Shown piece by piece: positions 39,401 to 53,681 of a DNA stretch of 64,000 nt. This DNA is from Okamejei kenojei. Lineage: Eukaryota. Where the stretch lies: contig CM069137.1 of the NCBI GenBank assembly GCA_035221665.1, positions 24,490,001 through 24,554,000 of the forward strand. The letters run 5' to 3'. The notes below the pieces were generated by a model. It saw only the letters and a program-made list of their open reading frames with translations. It was not told the origin of the DNA and made no database searches. Within the stretch, counting starts at the first letter, position 1. Each line of letters starts with the position of its first letter. A program made the position numbers and the translations under genes.

Positions 39401-41858
39401 TCATCAGTGCTAGTGTGTGGTTGTATGCTTTTTATTTTTGGGATATGGGGTTGCAGAGGGGTGTGAGATTGAAGGCAATGAAGCTAAACACATAGCAATC
39501 CAGAGGTTTAAAAACAGAAAGGCATTTGTAGATTATAAACCCAGTTCTAAAGTTAAAGTGAAGGCTTGTGAATTTCGTTTTCTTCTGGTTTCGTATGAGA
39601 GGCTATTAAAAACGTTTTTAAATTATCATTCATTATAAATAAATGTGTTCCTTCCTTTGATAGCTTACTGATGTACTGATTGCTAGGGATATCTAAAGAG
39701 CAGCAAAGCACCCTGGTTAACCTCAAATAGTGCCACCATAAAAGTTATTTGAACAGAAAAATAAATGGCACAAGTAGATCTCATTTAGTTAAGTGATGTC
39801 TGTAGGGCGGAAATAGTCTACCACAGTTTTATCAGACTTCCAAAAAAATCAGCATCATACCTTTCTAAAATAAAATCCAGTAAATTGGAAAGGAAATAAA
39901 AGCACAGCCAAAGGTGTCCACTGTGATTCAAAGGAAATAAACAGCAGCCTTTAATTCTCCGCCGAGACACAATGGAAAGTTTTGGGTGTGTTGTGAAGAA
40001 AAAGTGCCCAGACCCCCTCAGTTTCTGAATAGTTCTTTTATAGTGCCTGGGCAGTCGAATAGCTGAAAAAATGTCTGTCCTGTGTCCATTCAAGTAATAA
40101 AGGTTCACCTTATAAGTTAAACGTTCTTTGAAATACTATTCTTCAGCTCCACATTTGACAGACGCTGGGCACGTATTGATGCCTTTTCGACAGGCAGTGT
40201 TGAGTTAAAGTGGTGTGACCAGAGAGTTTTGTTAAGCTGTGAACAAAAGATTGGAGATGCCTCACTGGCATTGTCCACGCATATATGGGCCTTGTCACAG
40301 TTTTACTTGATTTAATGCTCTGGATATTCTTATCTGTGGTTTGGACCTTTTTTTCCAAGGTGCAGGCAAGGAACTCTGTAACCAGACTGTACAGACTGAA
40401 GGATTGTTTTCTATGTGTCTGTGAGAGATGGAATTATAGTTCCCCTCAGGTTGTTGTTTTAAAAAGAAGTGTTTGCCATGAGATTTAAATGTGGGGGGGC
40501 GCTTCACAGAGGTAGTCAAGGGAAGCGTCTCTTGAATAAAAAGCATGCACGGCAGGTCAGGGTGCGAATTTGCAGGGAGCCACAGCCAGTGCAAAGTCCC
40601 CAGAAGCAGGTACTTTGTTCCCTGTCAAAAATCAAAAGCCATACCAGTTATGAAAAGGTTGGTGGCATTATGTTAAGTCATGACAGCTACAGTTGTCATA
40701 GTTTCCACAGCTTTACATTATTGTGAATATCCCCAGAGAGGTCATGACACCTTCATCTCCCCTTCAAATTCAAATGCTTACCCCACCCCCAGCTCGTTGA
40801 AAGTTTTCCAGAATTTGAAATAGTTTGCCATCCATGTAAAGTATTAGATCAACAGAAGTTATTATCTCTTGAGGAAGAATAGCCTGTGCTATATTTGACT
40901 CTCCAGCCATAGCTGATCCAATATTCAAGAGGTTCTCTGTCCAATTATATTATTTGCATGATTTTATTGCTTCTGACGGTTCTGGGAGGGAGTAAGAGAA
41001 AACACTGGACTGTAAAAGATAGAAATGTGAAGAAGTACATGGAAACCAGAATAAAAGTGATACATGTAAACATATCCACTCATGGATAGGGTAGAGACAC
41101 TTATAGATACACACTGTGGCAGAGATACCATGTATATAAAAACACAGATACATATGCACAGGTTCTGACATCCACATCTAAAAATACATCTCCATACTTG
41201 TTACTGACATTGTGTACATCATCATCGGAGATTACTCTTCATGAATACATATATTTGTTTAATACTCGCAACAACCATGATTTATTCTTGGAGGAAGGGA
41301 TTTAACTTTGGGCCCCTAAAAGCAGAACTGCTTAATGGTTTGAATTGTCTGGGCTCTGGAGTGCAAAATATCATCTGTTGGAGGAAGCCATTTCTTTGCC
41401 ACCACTCACCCCTTCCGATAGCAATGTCCTGCTTGAACAAATTCTCGATCGTAAATAACAAACAATGAAAAATCAATACTGATAAAAATGTCATGACTAT
41501 TAATCCACAGTGTAAAAGTTGCCAAAGTGTCAAATATAATGTTAAGAAAAATTCCTTCCTTCCATCATTGGTATATAAGCATCCCCAAGGTATTTAGATA
41601 AGGTTGTCACAAGTCTGATTTGAATCCTCAGCTCTTCCCAGTCCCATCTCCTTTGTTGAATATTTTGGATGGATACAATCATACTCCATTCCTCAATTCG
41701 AGCGGTGGTAGAAATCAAATTTGATTTAAATCAGATGATTCAAGTTGAATTTGTGCTCCCATTACAAGCCAGGCATGAACAACATGACACCGTTTGTGGC
41801 CTTATGGTCCAGTTATCAGAACCCTGCGGTGTGCAAATAGGTTCCTGTTCTCAGCCAA

Positions 41859-41980
41859 GAGTCTCGACCTGAAACATCACCCATTCATTCTCTCCAGAGA
41901 TGCTGCCTGTCCTGCTGAGTTATTCCAGCATTTTGTGTCTACTTTCGATTTAAACCAGCATCTGCAGTTCTTTCCTACAC
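41859..41980 (+). mobile_element. PLE pLTR copy, truncated within the hammerhead
   Basis: GTCTCGACCTGAAACATCACCCATTC...GCATCTGCAGTTC; lacks CTGAAGA. Confidence 0.75.
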
Positions 41981-44900
41981 AACGTTTAACGATTCGTTCT
42001 TTTAAAAATAAATGTTCAGACGCACTGTCAGAGTCTGGTTTATTCCTTTCTGTGTAGCTCACTCTTACGCTGAGGTGGTTGAAACGAAAATGTTGACATC
42101 AAAAACGTTTGGCCGTTTGTACTGTCAGTTATATTTTCTCAAGTGGATTGACTGACACGTGGAGCAGGGAATAGCATCAAGAGAAGTACCAACTCTGATC
42201 TGTGGTTTGTCTGCATTGATTTTACTTTACTGGCCTGTGAATGGGGGACAGGTTTGTTCATTGTGTCTTGTGGTTAACCAGGCACTTCAGTTGGGCCGTA
42301 GGTTATCTTGACACTAACTTGCCCACTTCAGTGTACCCTCAGTGTCCATGAAGTGGTAAGCTCATCTGCTTGCATAAAGGTTCTACTTAACATATATCAT
42401 ATACAAAGATACCAGATGTCTGGCAGTGAAGTTATATGCCTCAGTCCAATGGTTCCAATGGCATGAATTGGAGAGTTAAATTCAAGTGGTTAATGAAAGC
42501 CAATACAAATCCTTCTTCATATTGCTCAGATTCATTGCCAGCTGTTCATTTGTGTTCACTAGGTTTAATAGTCTACTTTTGCTTACACCTTTCAATCACA
42601 ATTTCTCGATGCAGTCTGCGACTTAATGTCAACGCACCTTAATTCTAAATACATAATATCTCCTCGATGGCAATCATTGTTCCGGTCTGTCGCATGGCTT
42701 TTCCATGTCGCATTAGTTTTAGTATAGCATCAACATCTCCCCTCACTAATACCTGTTCCATTGACCGCCCTTACACATTGCACACACCATGTTGATCCAC
42801 AATAATAAAATGTCACGCAAAGAATATAGTTTTAATGACTTTAACATTCACGTGCAGCAAAGCTGATGGTAAAAATAGACATTGATCTTATTTAATTGTA
42901 AATGAAGCCGTGATACACGCACAAATCATTCAATTTGGAACAAGCTACATAAAAAGCAATTCTGCAACTATTTCTAAACTTTCATCACAGACAACAATTG
43001 GGATCTACCTCATTTTTTCGACAGGGTTTTATATTTTCTTCTACATGGCGGAAAGACACTATTATATTAAGATTTTTTCTTTAAATACAGAGAAGTAATG
43101 GATTCTGTTTGAAATGGTGCAGTGTTTGTTGAAATTGTCCGGCATTACTTTGGTGATAATGTTCGAATTATCTCTAAAAAGTGTGATGGTGAATATTTCC
43201 TAAAGTGCCTGATAAGTGGACAAAGTGGAATATGACACTCTCTTTCTTAAACTAGCATAAGACAAAGGATGTGTTTCAGTATTGAAATGTTGATTTTGAA
43301 ATTATAGTTTCTTCTGTTAGGATAGTCTCTCTGCAGTAAAGTAATTTCTACGTGCCATTAGTTATGGCCTCCCTGATGTATTTTTCCAAGCTGATCTACT
43401 CTACCTTCCCATGTGAAATGTCTGCATTCCTGTTATTCTCTTCAGTTAAGTTTGTTTAAACTGACTTAGCTCTTTGAATCTTGGTCACCCCTGATGCTAA
43501 TACTTTTGTCATTTAACACCTTTGAGGATTATTAGTTGAAAAGTTTTGGAGTTAAGAATGCAATTGGAAACGAAGGGCCTTAATTATAGTTTTTGTTTAA
43601 TTTTTTTTTAATGCTGTTTGAGGAAAATGTGCCTGATTTGCAGGTACATCTCAATGAGAGGTTAAAAAATAGTCCTCAGAACAAGAAAGAACTGTATAAT
43701 CTTCATAGAATTAAAATTAAATATACAGTTTAGTTATGTGGAAATGAATACAGAAGTCAAATTAAATTGTGACCGCCAAAACCCTCTTTGTGTGAATTAA
43801 TGTGTATTTTGATGTTTTAATTATTTTTTACATTATTACTTCCTTTATTTAGTAATGAGGCAAGGTTAATTAATAATAATTATAAAAAGAGTAATTCATT
43901 CCCGGGAAGGTTATAATAAAGTAATTATAAATTAAAAATGGAATGTTGTAGTTTTACTTTGTGATATAGGTAATGTGAAATAAAATAATGTGAGCAAAAC
44001 AAAAACTCTTTAATTTGCAATATAATTGCTTCTGTTAACCCATCTTCAATACAGTTGATCATATTTAGCATCTCTATCTTTGCATCAATAATATCTTGAC
44101 CAAATAAGAAAACAGGTGCAAGTATATTTTAAAGTAAAATTCCAATTAGCATTGAAAATTGAGAAATTGTCTGCAGAGATTGCTCTTAATTTCAGTCAGT
44201 GACAACATAATTTATCCCCCTCAAACACAAGATACTGCTTAAATGAACAATTACCTCCTTCACCACGTGCAGTCTGCAGGTGAAAGTGTTTGCTAAATAT
44301 TTAAGCAATGTGAGGATGTTTTCTCACATTGAATTTCATCTAAGACTTGGAATAGACTCCTGCTGCATTAAATGCAAGCTGGGAGCTGGCTTAATAGTTT
44401 CTGCTTACAGGTGTAAACATAGATAAAGTTTTCCTTCTCTGAAATAAATTAAGAATATGATTATTGCACTGGAATTTAACTTCTTGTGGCAATCTGCACC
44501 TGAATAAGTGATTAAATTTGTTCCGCAGGCTTGCAGGATTTGAACTTGCACATTTCCAGCATTGGCGCTCCATTTGTAAATGGCATTAGAAATAAGTAAC
44601 GCGTGATTTATGCACGCTTTGGTCTTTTGCAATTCTGCTGCTGTAAATCTGATTGCAAACAGAACCTCAGTGTTGAATGGCTTTAATGAAATAATGTGAA
44701 ATGTAAGGTAGATTTGCCCTTACAATAGATGGCTGTGATTACAATTATATTTTGGATTGAAGAGAGGGCGAGAAGAAAACTTTTTTCAGCCCATTGCAAC
44801 TGTAGTCAATGTCATTTGCATATTGACGTAATTTAGGTATGTCGAACTGACCAAGTCCATTCCAGTACATATGGATGGTTAGAATTTAATACCATGCTTA

Positions 44901-45309
44901 ATAAAACACATTAGAACAGTTTTTGGTTGGTTCCACTTGAGACATTACTACAGTGCCTGTGATTTGTTTCAAATAGCACAGTTAACCGTACATTCTACAT
45001 AAATGATACATTTATGAAGTATACATTCTACTTAAATAGCATGATTATGCAATATATGAATGTACGATTTTGTACATGTGGTTGTGATGTGGTTTAAGTC
45101 AGAAATTCTAAATTGTGATCTGTAATTCAATATTTGTACTTATACAGTGTTTACTATTTTCCTCTTCCTCCAATTTTCTCCCCAGACTATTCCTCTCCTG
45201 AATGTAAAGACTCATGCTAGGGGACAGTTCTATTAAGTTCAGATGACCCTCTGGTACTTCCCCCAAGTGGTCTTACAGGTGGTCTGTACAAGTGTGTATG
45301 ATTATCTAG

Positions 45310-45930
45310 TAACTATTTAAAAGGACGTGTTTGTACTGAATGCATCAATTTAAAAGGATGTTTATGTAGTAACTGTGCTCTACCTAAATGGATGTCTTCC
45401 TGCAATATGCAATCTATTTAAATATTTATACATAGTGTGCTCTACCTGAATATGTTAGTTTATGTGATAGCCGTGCATTATATTAATCAACGCAGTTATA
45501 CTTTACACGTTGTATTTTATTGCACTCATTTACGCAGGATATGCTCAAAGTAAATATGTTAATATAATATGAGCACTATTTGTTCTGTTTAAAGGGAAAT
45601 TTTTGTGCAGATGTGTTTGACATGGAGATGATTATATAGTATATGCACTTTGCTTAAACGGGAACATTTATTTTGCATTGTCTATATAAAGAAATACATT
45701 TAGTCAGTGCATGCTCTATTTAAGTCAGCATGTTTATATAATACATGCTCTATTTAGGAGGACACATTTACTCAGCATGCGTTGTATTTTAATATGATTT
45801 TTTTTCTGCTTTATGTGCTCTATTGAATACAATGGTTTGTACTGTACCTGCATTAAATTTGAATGGATACATATATACAGTATATATTCAAGTTAAATAA
45901 ATGTATTCTTACAATGTCTGTGCTCAGATT
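45310..45930 (+). repeat. Degenerate ~30-35 bp minisatellite
   Basis: Recurrent (A/G)TGCTCTA(TT/CC)T motifs, e.g. near 45374, 45436, 45710, 45744 and 45814. Confidence 0.5.
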
Positions 45931-46169
45931 AGATCAACACATGGATAGGTGTATGATTTGTTTCAATAAACTAACTACATAGCTCTCGTTTTCTATTTCA
46001 GTGGATTAATTTGTAGTATTTTTTGTTGATTAAATTGGACAGTAAATTTGATGGGTTTTTCTATGTGATTCCAACACATACTTCCATGTGCGGTTTGAAA
46101 AAGTGCAGTAAGCACGTCCTTACCAGAATACACCAATTCTGACCCAATGGAAATATATTATGCACAAGA

Positions 46170-47205
46170 AAGTAGGAGAGGCCTAGACGACTGGATCCGT
46201 CAAGCCTGCTCCACCATTTAACCTGATCTATGCTGGCGTCAACTCTTCTTCTGCGCCAGTTCCATGTATTTCCTTCATCTTTCAATACCAAAGGTTCACA
46301 ATTCTCAGTAGAAATGTCTATAGATCTCAGTGTTAAATGACTAGCCCCTTATTTTGTAGCATTATTCCCTTATTTGTGACTCACCCACACATGAAAGCAT
46401 TTCAATGTATTCCCTGCCAAGGCCCCCAAGGATCTTGTATGTTCGAATAAGGTCTCTCCTCATCCTTTTATACTCTAGGGAATACAGATCCAAACCCGAC
46501 TTGTCTCTCTTGATAGGACCTCCTCTTTTCCCAGGAATTAGCCAGGTGAATCTCCTTAGTACTGCCTTCATTGTTACTACATCCGGTTTTAGGGTAGGGG
46601 ACCAAAACGATGCATAGTATTCCAGGTGCGGCCTCAACAACACCTTGTACAACTGTAGCAAAAACGTCTATTATTAAATTCCAAACATTCCGTTTGCCAT
46701 CTTAACTATGTGTAGCACCTGCCCGCTAACATTTTGTGATTCATACATTTGAATACCAAGGCCTCTCTGAAATTCACTCATTTGCAGACTCTCGCCATCT
46801 AGATAATCGCCCTTTGAAGTGCATGACCTCACGCTTACAAAGATTAAACTCAATTTGTTAGCTTTTACCTAATCGCTCAATCTATCTACATCCCGTCACA
46901 GCATTTCAATGTACCCATCACAACATGCCTTTCCGCCTTTTTTCATCTCATCGACAAACTTGGAAACCTTACACTTTGTTCCCTCCTCCAGGTCATTTGG
47001 TAATGGTAAATAATTGGGGGCTAAGAACTAATCCCTGGGCTACCACACAAGTTAGATCCCTCCACCCTAAAAATGACCCATTTGCTCCAACTCATTTTCT
47101 ACATGACAGCCAATTTTCAGTCCATGATACCATACTTTCTCCAATACTCAGGCTCTTAATTAAAGGACCAGCTTTATACTGTACGTGGCACCTTGTCAAA
47201 TGCCA
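46170..47205 (-). mobile_element. Degraded CR1-like LINE
   Basis: LQLYKVLLRPHLEYYASFWSP...RRDLIRTYKILGGL. Confidence 0.85.
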
Positions 47206-48542
47206 TGGGGCTTTTTCCGATTATGTCCAGGAAGATTTTTATAATATATTATAAACTACTAAAACATATTGGGTGCAAAATAAATGAAAGAGACATTAAT
47301 TCAGTCATAATACTGATGTCTTTGATAACTCTTGTAAGTGCTTGAATGATCACAATCTGTCCATTTTCCTTGAGAAAGAAACAAAAGTTGGAAATAAAAA
47401 AAAACAGGTGAAATAATCTGCACTTCATCTCGCATTAGATAATGATAATTGGCTACCAGGAATTAATTGTTTTGAAAAAGAGAGAGCTACAAATGACACG
47501 ATAATAACTTCTGATAAATTGTCAGATTTTGCTGGAGTTTTGCTGAGCTTTTTATAATCTAACTTCTGGAATGCTCTGTGTGACAGAGATAATGTTTGAA
47601 TTATGCTTTTTATAATGTAAGACTCAAAACCAAGACCTTCTTAGGAAAAAAAACAATCTAACCCCCTAGGAGTTAGTTCAGCTGTGGACTTCAGCCTTGA
47701 CACCCGTCTTGTTCCAAAAAACATAATGCAAAAATGATTCTTTCAAAAGTTAAGGGGAAACAAATCCACATTTCTGCTTGGGAAAACAAGGTCAATTTTG
47801 GCCTTTTAGGATTAATTAAATCATGTACTAGTGTTAAACGAATCTCTTATTGTACTCAAAAATACAGATGTGCATTGACTATATGACATTCTATGACCTG
47901 CCACAAAGATAGCGACTTTTACAGCTAAGTGATGAATTGCTAGAGTGTTTATTTGGTCTAACAATAGATGTTTGTATTTTTCATTTGGCTGTGTCCTGGG
48001 ACTGAGGATGCCTTGCTCTATGGCATGCCTAACCTGGTTAATATGCCACTTTTTATCTTTATTGCTAACTGTAATATAGTGCACCTAATGCTTGTTCTTC
48101 ACGCTAAGCATGTAGCTGTTTTTTATGCTTCATTGAGCCACTCCAGTGAGCAGGTTAGGCAATATTTCATAAGGTATTCTGGGATTTTGTGAACCTTTCA
48201 GGAAACAAATTGTAACAAGTTTAGTGTGAGTGAGCTGCCTGAAGACCACTGAAGTGAAGAAAATAAATACAGGAGATACTGGGAAGCTTAACCTAGTACC
48301 TTCTGTTTGTGTTGTGAGCAGGTACGCATATATACTCTGTTTCTTGTGTTGTATTTGCATTGGGCATACTTAAATTCCAAGTGTTGGTATCCCACAACTC
48401 ATAATTCCTAAGTATTATTTATTGTTCCGTTAATAACAAAACTACTTAATTGTCCCTTTCCATTTCAACCAATGCTACAGTTACATAATCTTCTAGGATT
48501 TTTCCTGCACACATTTGATCCAGTGGTCTGGTTTCAGGTGTC

Positions 48543-49080
48543 AGGCACAAAATGCTGGAGTAACTCAGCGGGTGAGGTCGCATCTCTGGAGAGAAGGAAT
48601 GGGAGACGTTTCGGGTCGAGACCCTTCTTCAGACTAATGTCAGGGGAGGGGGCGGGACAAAGATAGAATGTAGGTGGAGACAGTAAGACTAGTGGCAGAA
48701 CTGGGAAGGAGAAGGGGATGGAGAGAGAAAGCAAGGGCTATCTGAAGTTAGAGAAGTCAATGTTCATACTGCTAGGGTGTAAACTAAGCAAGCGAAATAT
48801 GAGATGCTGTTTCTCTAATTTGCGCTGGGCCTCACTCTGACAATGGAGGATGCCCAGGACAGAAAGGTCAGATAGGGAATGGGAGAGGGAGTTGAAGTGC
48901 TGAGCCACCAGAAGATCAGGTAGGCTAAGACGGACTGAGCGGAGGTGTTCAGTGAAACGATCGCCGAGCCTGCGCTTGGCTTCGCCAATGTAGAAAAGTT
49001 GACATCTGGAACAGCGGATACAGTAGATGAGGTTGGAGGAGGTGCAAGTGAACCTCTGCCTCATTTGGAAAGACTGTTGT
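48543..49080 (-). mobile_element. Penelope-like element 3' fragment: GIY-YIG endonuclease remnant plus pLTR
   Basis: ORF 48738-49121 contains NLIYCIRCSRCQLFYIGEAKRRLGDRFTEH...VAQHFN...H, a GIY-YIG domain with the PLE-type CCHH residues, followed by the repeated pLTR sequence. Confidence 0.9.
48605..48632 (-). ncRNA. Minimal type I hammerhead ribozyme motif in PLE pLTR
   Basis: CUGAAGA-A-GGGU(CUCG)ACCC-GAAACGUC: conserved core, helix II, and palindromic ACGU in place of helix III. Confidence 0.7.
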
Positions 49081-52000
49081 AAGGGGGTCTGTTCCTTCAG
49101 GGTTGCAGTAAATGTCTTCATTCATACAAGGTTGTGATTCCCTAATGTTCTCCATTTGTTTTCTGCAACTACTCTCTGGATTTTTATTGTTTGCATTCTG
49201 CAAGCCCGCAGAAGGATGCGTGACTCACAGGAATAATGTCAATTTAATCTTTATTTGCACAAAACGTCTCCTCAGCTCCTAGAGAAGAAGGTATTGGCAG
49301 GTATCAGTGATATTGTTGAAACTGAAGACAAATGCAGAAAATAGATGCAAGGTTTTATAAAACTTGCAATTGAGTAATTAGTTGCAGCTGGTATTGTTCC
49401 TCCCTCCTCTTTTTTTTGCACGTGGATTTCTGAAGATGACAACTACATAACACCTCACCCAGGTCTCCTATTTTTGTCCCTATAAATGGGAGAAAATCAA
49501 AGGATAATTCAATTAATTTAAAATAAATTCTAAATAACAAGCACAATTTCATTAATTGGGTCCTTCTGCACAGTTCCTGATTAAACTACCCAAGTAGGCA
49601 GTAGTACCTGCTAATTGAAGAAAGGGGAAGATTATTTATCTCCAGAGTGTTTAATGGGCTATTTTCATAGTCCATAATTTTTTGGTTCTGGATTGAGTAA
49701 TTTGGTAATATTTCTCTCTTGAGGAGGAAGGGAAAGGGAGGTATCGCTCTCAGCTCTTGAGCAGTCAGTTGGAAAACAATCCCTAATTTCAGCAAACACG
49801 CTGTTTGCTTATACCCACATAATGTAACTTGCACGCCTAGGATATGCAGCAAATGGGAAAGCATGCATGGATTTCACAGGTAACAGGATTACGTGAGCAT
49901 ATAATTGATCCATGTGGGAAAAAAGACAGAGCTCCAAATATGTGTATGCTTTGAAAATAGAGTTTATGCAATGGACATTCATTGCAGGGTTGGAGGTGGA
50001 GAGGAGTGAGGAGCATTGGCGGTGGTTAATCTTTCGGGCATATATTTAGCCAATTTACACTGACTGGTAAATAATTAAACATATGTTCAGAAAGCATTAG
50101 TAACCACTGAGATCAAGGGCTATTTTGAACATTTGGTTATTTCTAGAAGGTGAGGGTAGGATGTTGTGGGGTATTGCGAAAAGCAAACTGAAATCCCTTG
50201 CCACCACATTCACTCACCCAATAGGACAAATAAAATATTTTCAAATGCAACAAGTATTAGTTCAGCCAATAAAACTACAGATTAGGGTGGAATACTAGCT
50301 GGAACAATGAGTACCAAAAGTATCAAACAACCCATATGAAGCAAACAAGTACAGAATGTGCATTGGAGTTAGCATCGCAATCAAACACAAAGCTGTCGAA
50401 GTTTAAATGTCCCCAGAGCTCCTTTGTGTTCTCTCATCTGACTACTGCATGTCAATGAAAGGAAAAGGTCCATTGCCTTATATTCTTAAGAGCTCTGGAA
50501 ACTTGTCCATAATGATGGAGAGAGGCTTAAACCTGTAGTATATTGAACGGAATATTAAAAAAGGAGCAAGGGTTTGGAAGAAATTGCGTGTGATTTCATC
50601 TTGAACAAGAAAGGAAAAATTAACACCAACTATACAAAACTACCAAAGGGAGAGCTAACTTTTAGCACCCCACTCACTGCATTGTACACAAAGTTGTCCC
50701 TGTTAGTCTTTCATATACCTGCACTCTGTACATAAAACAAGTACTCAGCTAGAAAGCAGCTTACTTCTGGGGCAAAACTATACATTACCAATCTAGCGAA
50801 GAAACTGCTTTACAGAGCGTCACAATATTATGACCTACTGCTGCGCTGTGATATGTAAAATCTGTTTCAATTTCTGCTGTTCTGACAATTTCACTTCATA
50901 AACCTCAAAAATAGTGAAGCCTTTTACTTGTTCAAATAAAATTTAATATTCTGAAAAAAAATAATTCCCATTGCAGTTAGAAGCATAGTGTTCTGGTAAC
51001 TGATATATCATGACTTTGTAAAGAACTCATGCTGTGCAGATTTTCTGTCTTGCAAGCTAGACTTTTCTACATTCACATGCAGGCCAATTTGTAGAGATCA
51101 AAAATGGTTAGAGGCACATGTATTGCTATTCTTTTTCAGAGTATTATTCTTTTGAAATATGCCGGGATGCAATATAACTTTTTGAATCTGTGAGGAATCT
51201 CTGTTCTTCTATCGCCATTTTGCGCCTCTGCTAATTAGCCAATGTTTACCAGCTCTGTGCTGCAGCTCTGGCCTGAAAATCAACAAATTTTGTCGACAGT
51301 TTTCCTTAAACTATATCGATTTAATTAAAGAGTTGGACTGTTCCTAATATCCTTTGCTCTGTCTTTATGTGGTTGATGTACTGTCAACAAATTTGAACTT
51401 CAGAAACCACATGTATTTATTTTACCAATTTTCAAAGGTGACTGGAAACACTTATACGTTGACCTCTGATTGAACGGAAAGCATTGAAGAAAGCTTCCTT
51501 TTCTTGGATACTCAGTCTAATCCATTTCCTGAAGCATTCAGGAGCAAATTGTACCTGCTGCTACTTTACAAAATCCATTTAAATTACAGGTCCAAGAATA
51601 AAAATTGGTCTCATCATAACGTCCTAAATGGGTTTCTCCTCCTCAGGATTACTGTAATATAGTTTTTGATGTTTCAAGTGCATTAAATGAAATACATTTT
51701 AGCACACATATGCAAAGCCATTGCAACTAAAGGAGCCCCATCTACAAACACCTCCACCACACGTGTCATTGTGCAAGTTGAGCATATTATTTTAATCAGG
51801 AGCTACAGGTTCATAAAGAAGTGAGCAAATGCAATGCAAAAACTGCTGTTTCATCACAGCGAGCAAACTGGTGGGGTGTCACTTAAACAAACTTTTTTTA
51901 AAAAGATCGAGGAATAGGTGGGCATGGTTAATATTTGTATTGGGGCCAGAAGTAAAGGAAAATTAAAAATGCGTATCAGTTGGCTGTCACGTGCTGATCT

Positions 52001-52691
52001 CTCTTTTCCCTTTTTTTTTCCTCTCACTCTCTTCACAGTGACATCTGCTATCAGGCTAAGCAGGTGTTCCTGTGTAAACGAACGTGGCCTGTTTGTGTTT
52101 CACTGTACTTGCAACTGCACAGTCAAATGAGCAGTGTGATTAAGAATCCTGTAAATTTTTGAAAAGGGACGGATGGCTGCCCTACTAGAACCTAATTACA
52201 AAGCTCGAACATCCGCGGCTCGGTGCTATCACTGCAGCGGCGAACAGCAGAAATTAATAATATATAATGGCATCATTCTTGCAATTTATAAATGAAGTAG
52301 AGTGGGGGAGGATTCTGCTGATGTGCCGTTTCGTGTTAATTTTGCAAGATTGAATAGAAATTGGAATTTTAGTGAGGTGAAACCTCGCTGACATACTCCT
52401 GCAAGTTGCGAACATGGGATTAACACTGTATCCTAAATGTACCTATAATTTGAACCTTGTTTTGTAGTTAAACCTGGTTTGAAGACCGCAATGGGACAGT
52501 TGAACAGGTGAACCATCCCCTCCCAAGGAAGCACCCTTGCTGTAGCCTTCTGCGATAGACATTACTAACAGTCGTGTTAAACTTTTTCGGTGAGTTGAGA
52601 CACTTATATGGAACATGGTTTCTCTAAGCCTACGACAGGCAATTCTGCCTTTCTCAACAAAATAATCAGGGTAGAATGGAGAGACATATAA

Positions 52692-52818
52692 ACAAGGAAC
52701 TGCAGATGCTGGTTTATAAAAGATAAGAAGCCAAGTGCTGGAGTAACTCAGCTGGTCAAGCGGCATCCCTGGGTAACATGGAAGAGTTACATTTTAAACC
52801 GGGACCCTTCCTGAGACT
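52692..52818 (-). mobile_element. Degraded PLE pLTR copy
   Basis: GGAACTGCAGATGCTGGTTTA...GCTGGAGTAACTCAGC...GACCCTTCCTGAGACT. Confidence 0.7.
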
Positions 52819-53529
52819 TGTTTAGTTTGACTAAATCAGGGGATACAAGCATCACCGGAGGTTTTTGACCATCAATAAGAATTAGTAAACAAGTATTTTT
52901 TTCCTTTTATTACCCTTTGTAATTGTGCGTTTACTTATATCACGTTAAGAACTACAAATTGCAGGAAAAATTAATTATGATTTTCTTTTCATAAATTCTG
53001 CAGTGATATGTATCCTTTGAATGGATATATCTCTGCAATTTTACGTTAACAGAAGCAAAGACTGTTTAAAATACTTTGAAGATCTGAACCATGCAGATGT
53101 TGTAAACTGTACCAATTTAGGAGATGATCTCAAACTGCTGATTGTGTAACTGACTTGCATCTCACACAGACCGTCTTTTATTATAAATGACAATTACAGC
53201 TATTTTTTCTAAACTTGAAATTGTAGTGTTCCAAAGTGAGCAAACATCAAAATCCAGAGCCTGTCACAGATGTTTGACTCGACAATGCCAGTTGTTATTG
53301 CTGCGTTTCTTCTGGTGGTGTCCCGTAACTGGGAAAAGGGGAGAGACTCATGCACCTCAAGCTATCTCACACCGGTCAGTTTATTGCACAGTTTGTACAG
53401 CTTTTTCACAATAGTTGGTGACATAGTTTGGTAAGTATTTGAAACAATAATCAGGCTTATTATTTGAGGTAATTTTGTGGATGAGCATGATTGTTGGATC
53501 TGGGCTGAAGTATTGAGTATTAAGAATTA

Positions 53530-53681
53530 CAGATTGATCAGTACAGGTGTCAGAGGTTATGGGAAGAAGGTGGGAGAATGGGGTTAGGAGGGAGAGATAG
53601 ATCAGCCATAATTGAATAGTGGAATAGACTTGATGGGCCGAAAGGCCTAGTTCTACTCCTATTCCTTATGACTTTATGAAC
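53530..53681 (+). mobile_element. CR1-like LINE 3' tail
   Basis: Closely similar to 5820-5943 (GGAGGGAGAGATAGATCAG...GACTTGATGGGC). Confidence 0.8.

Noticed and set aside
48738-49121. Functional endonuclease gene
   Set aside because: 5'-truncated PLE fragment with no RT; the first ~14 codons appear to come from flanking DNA.
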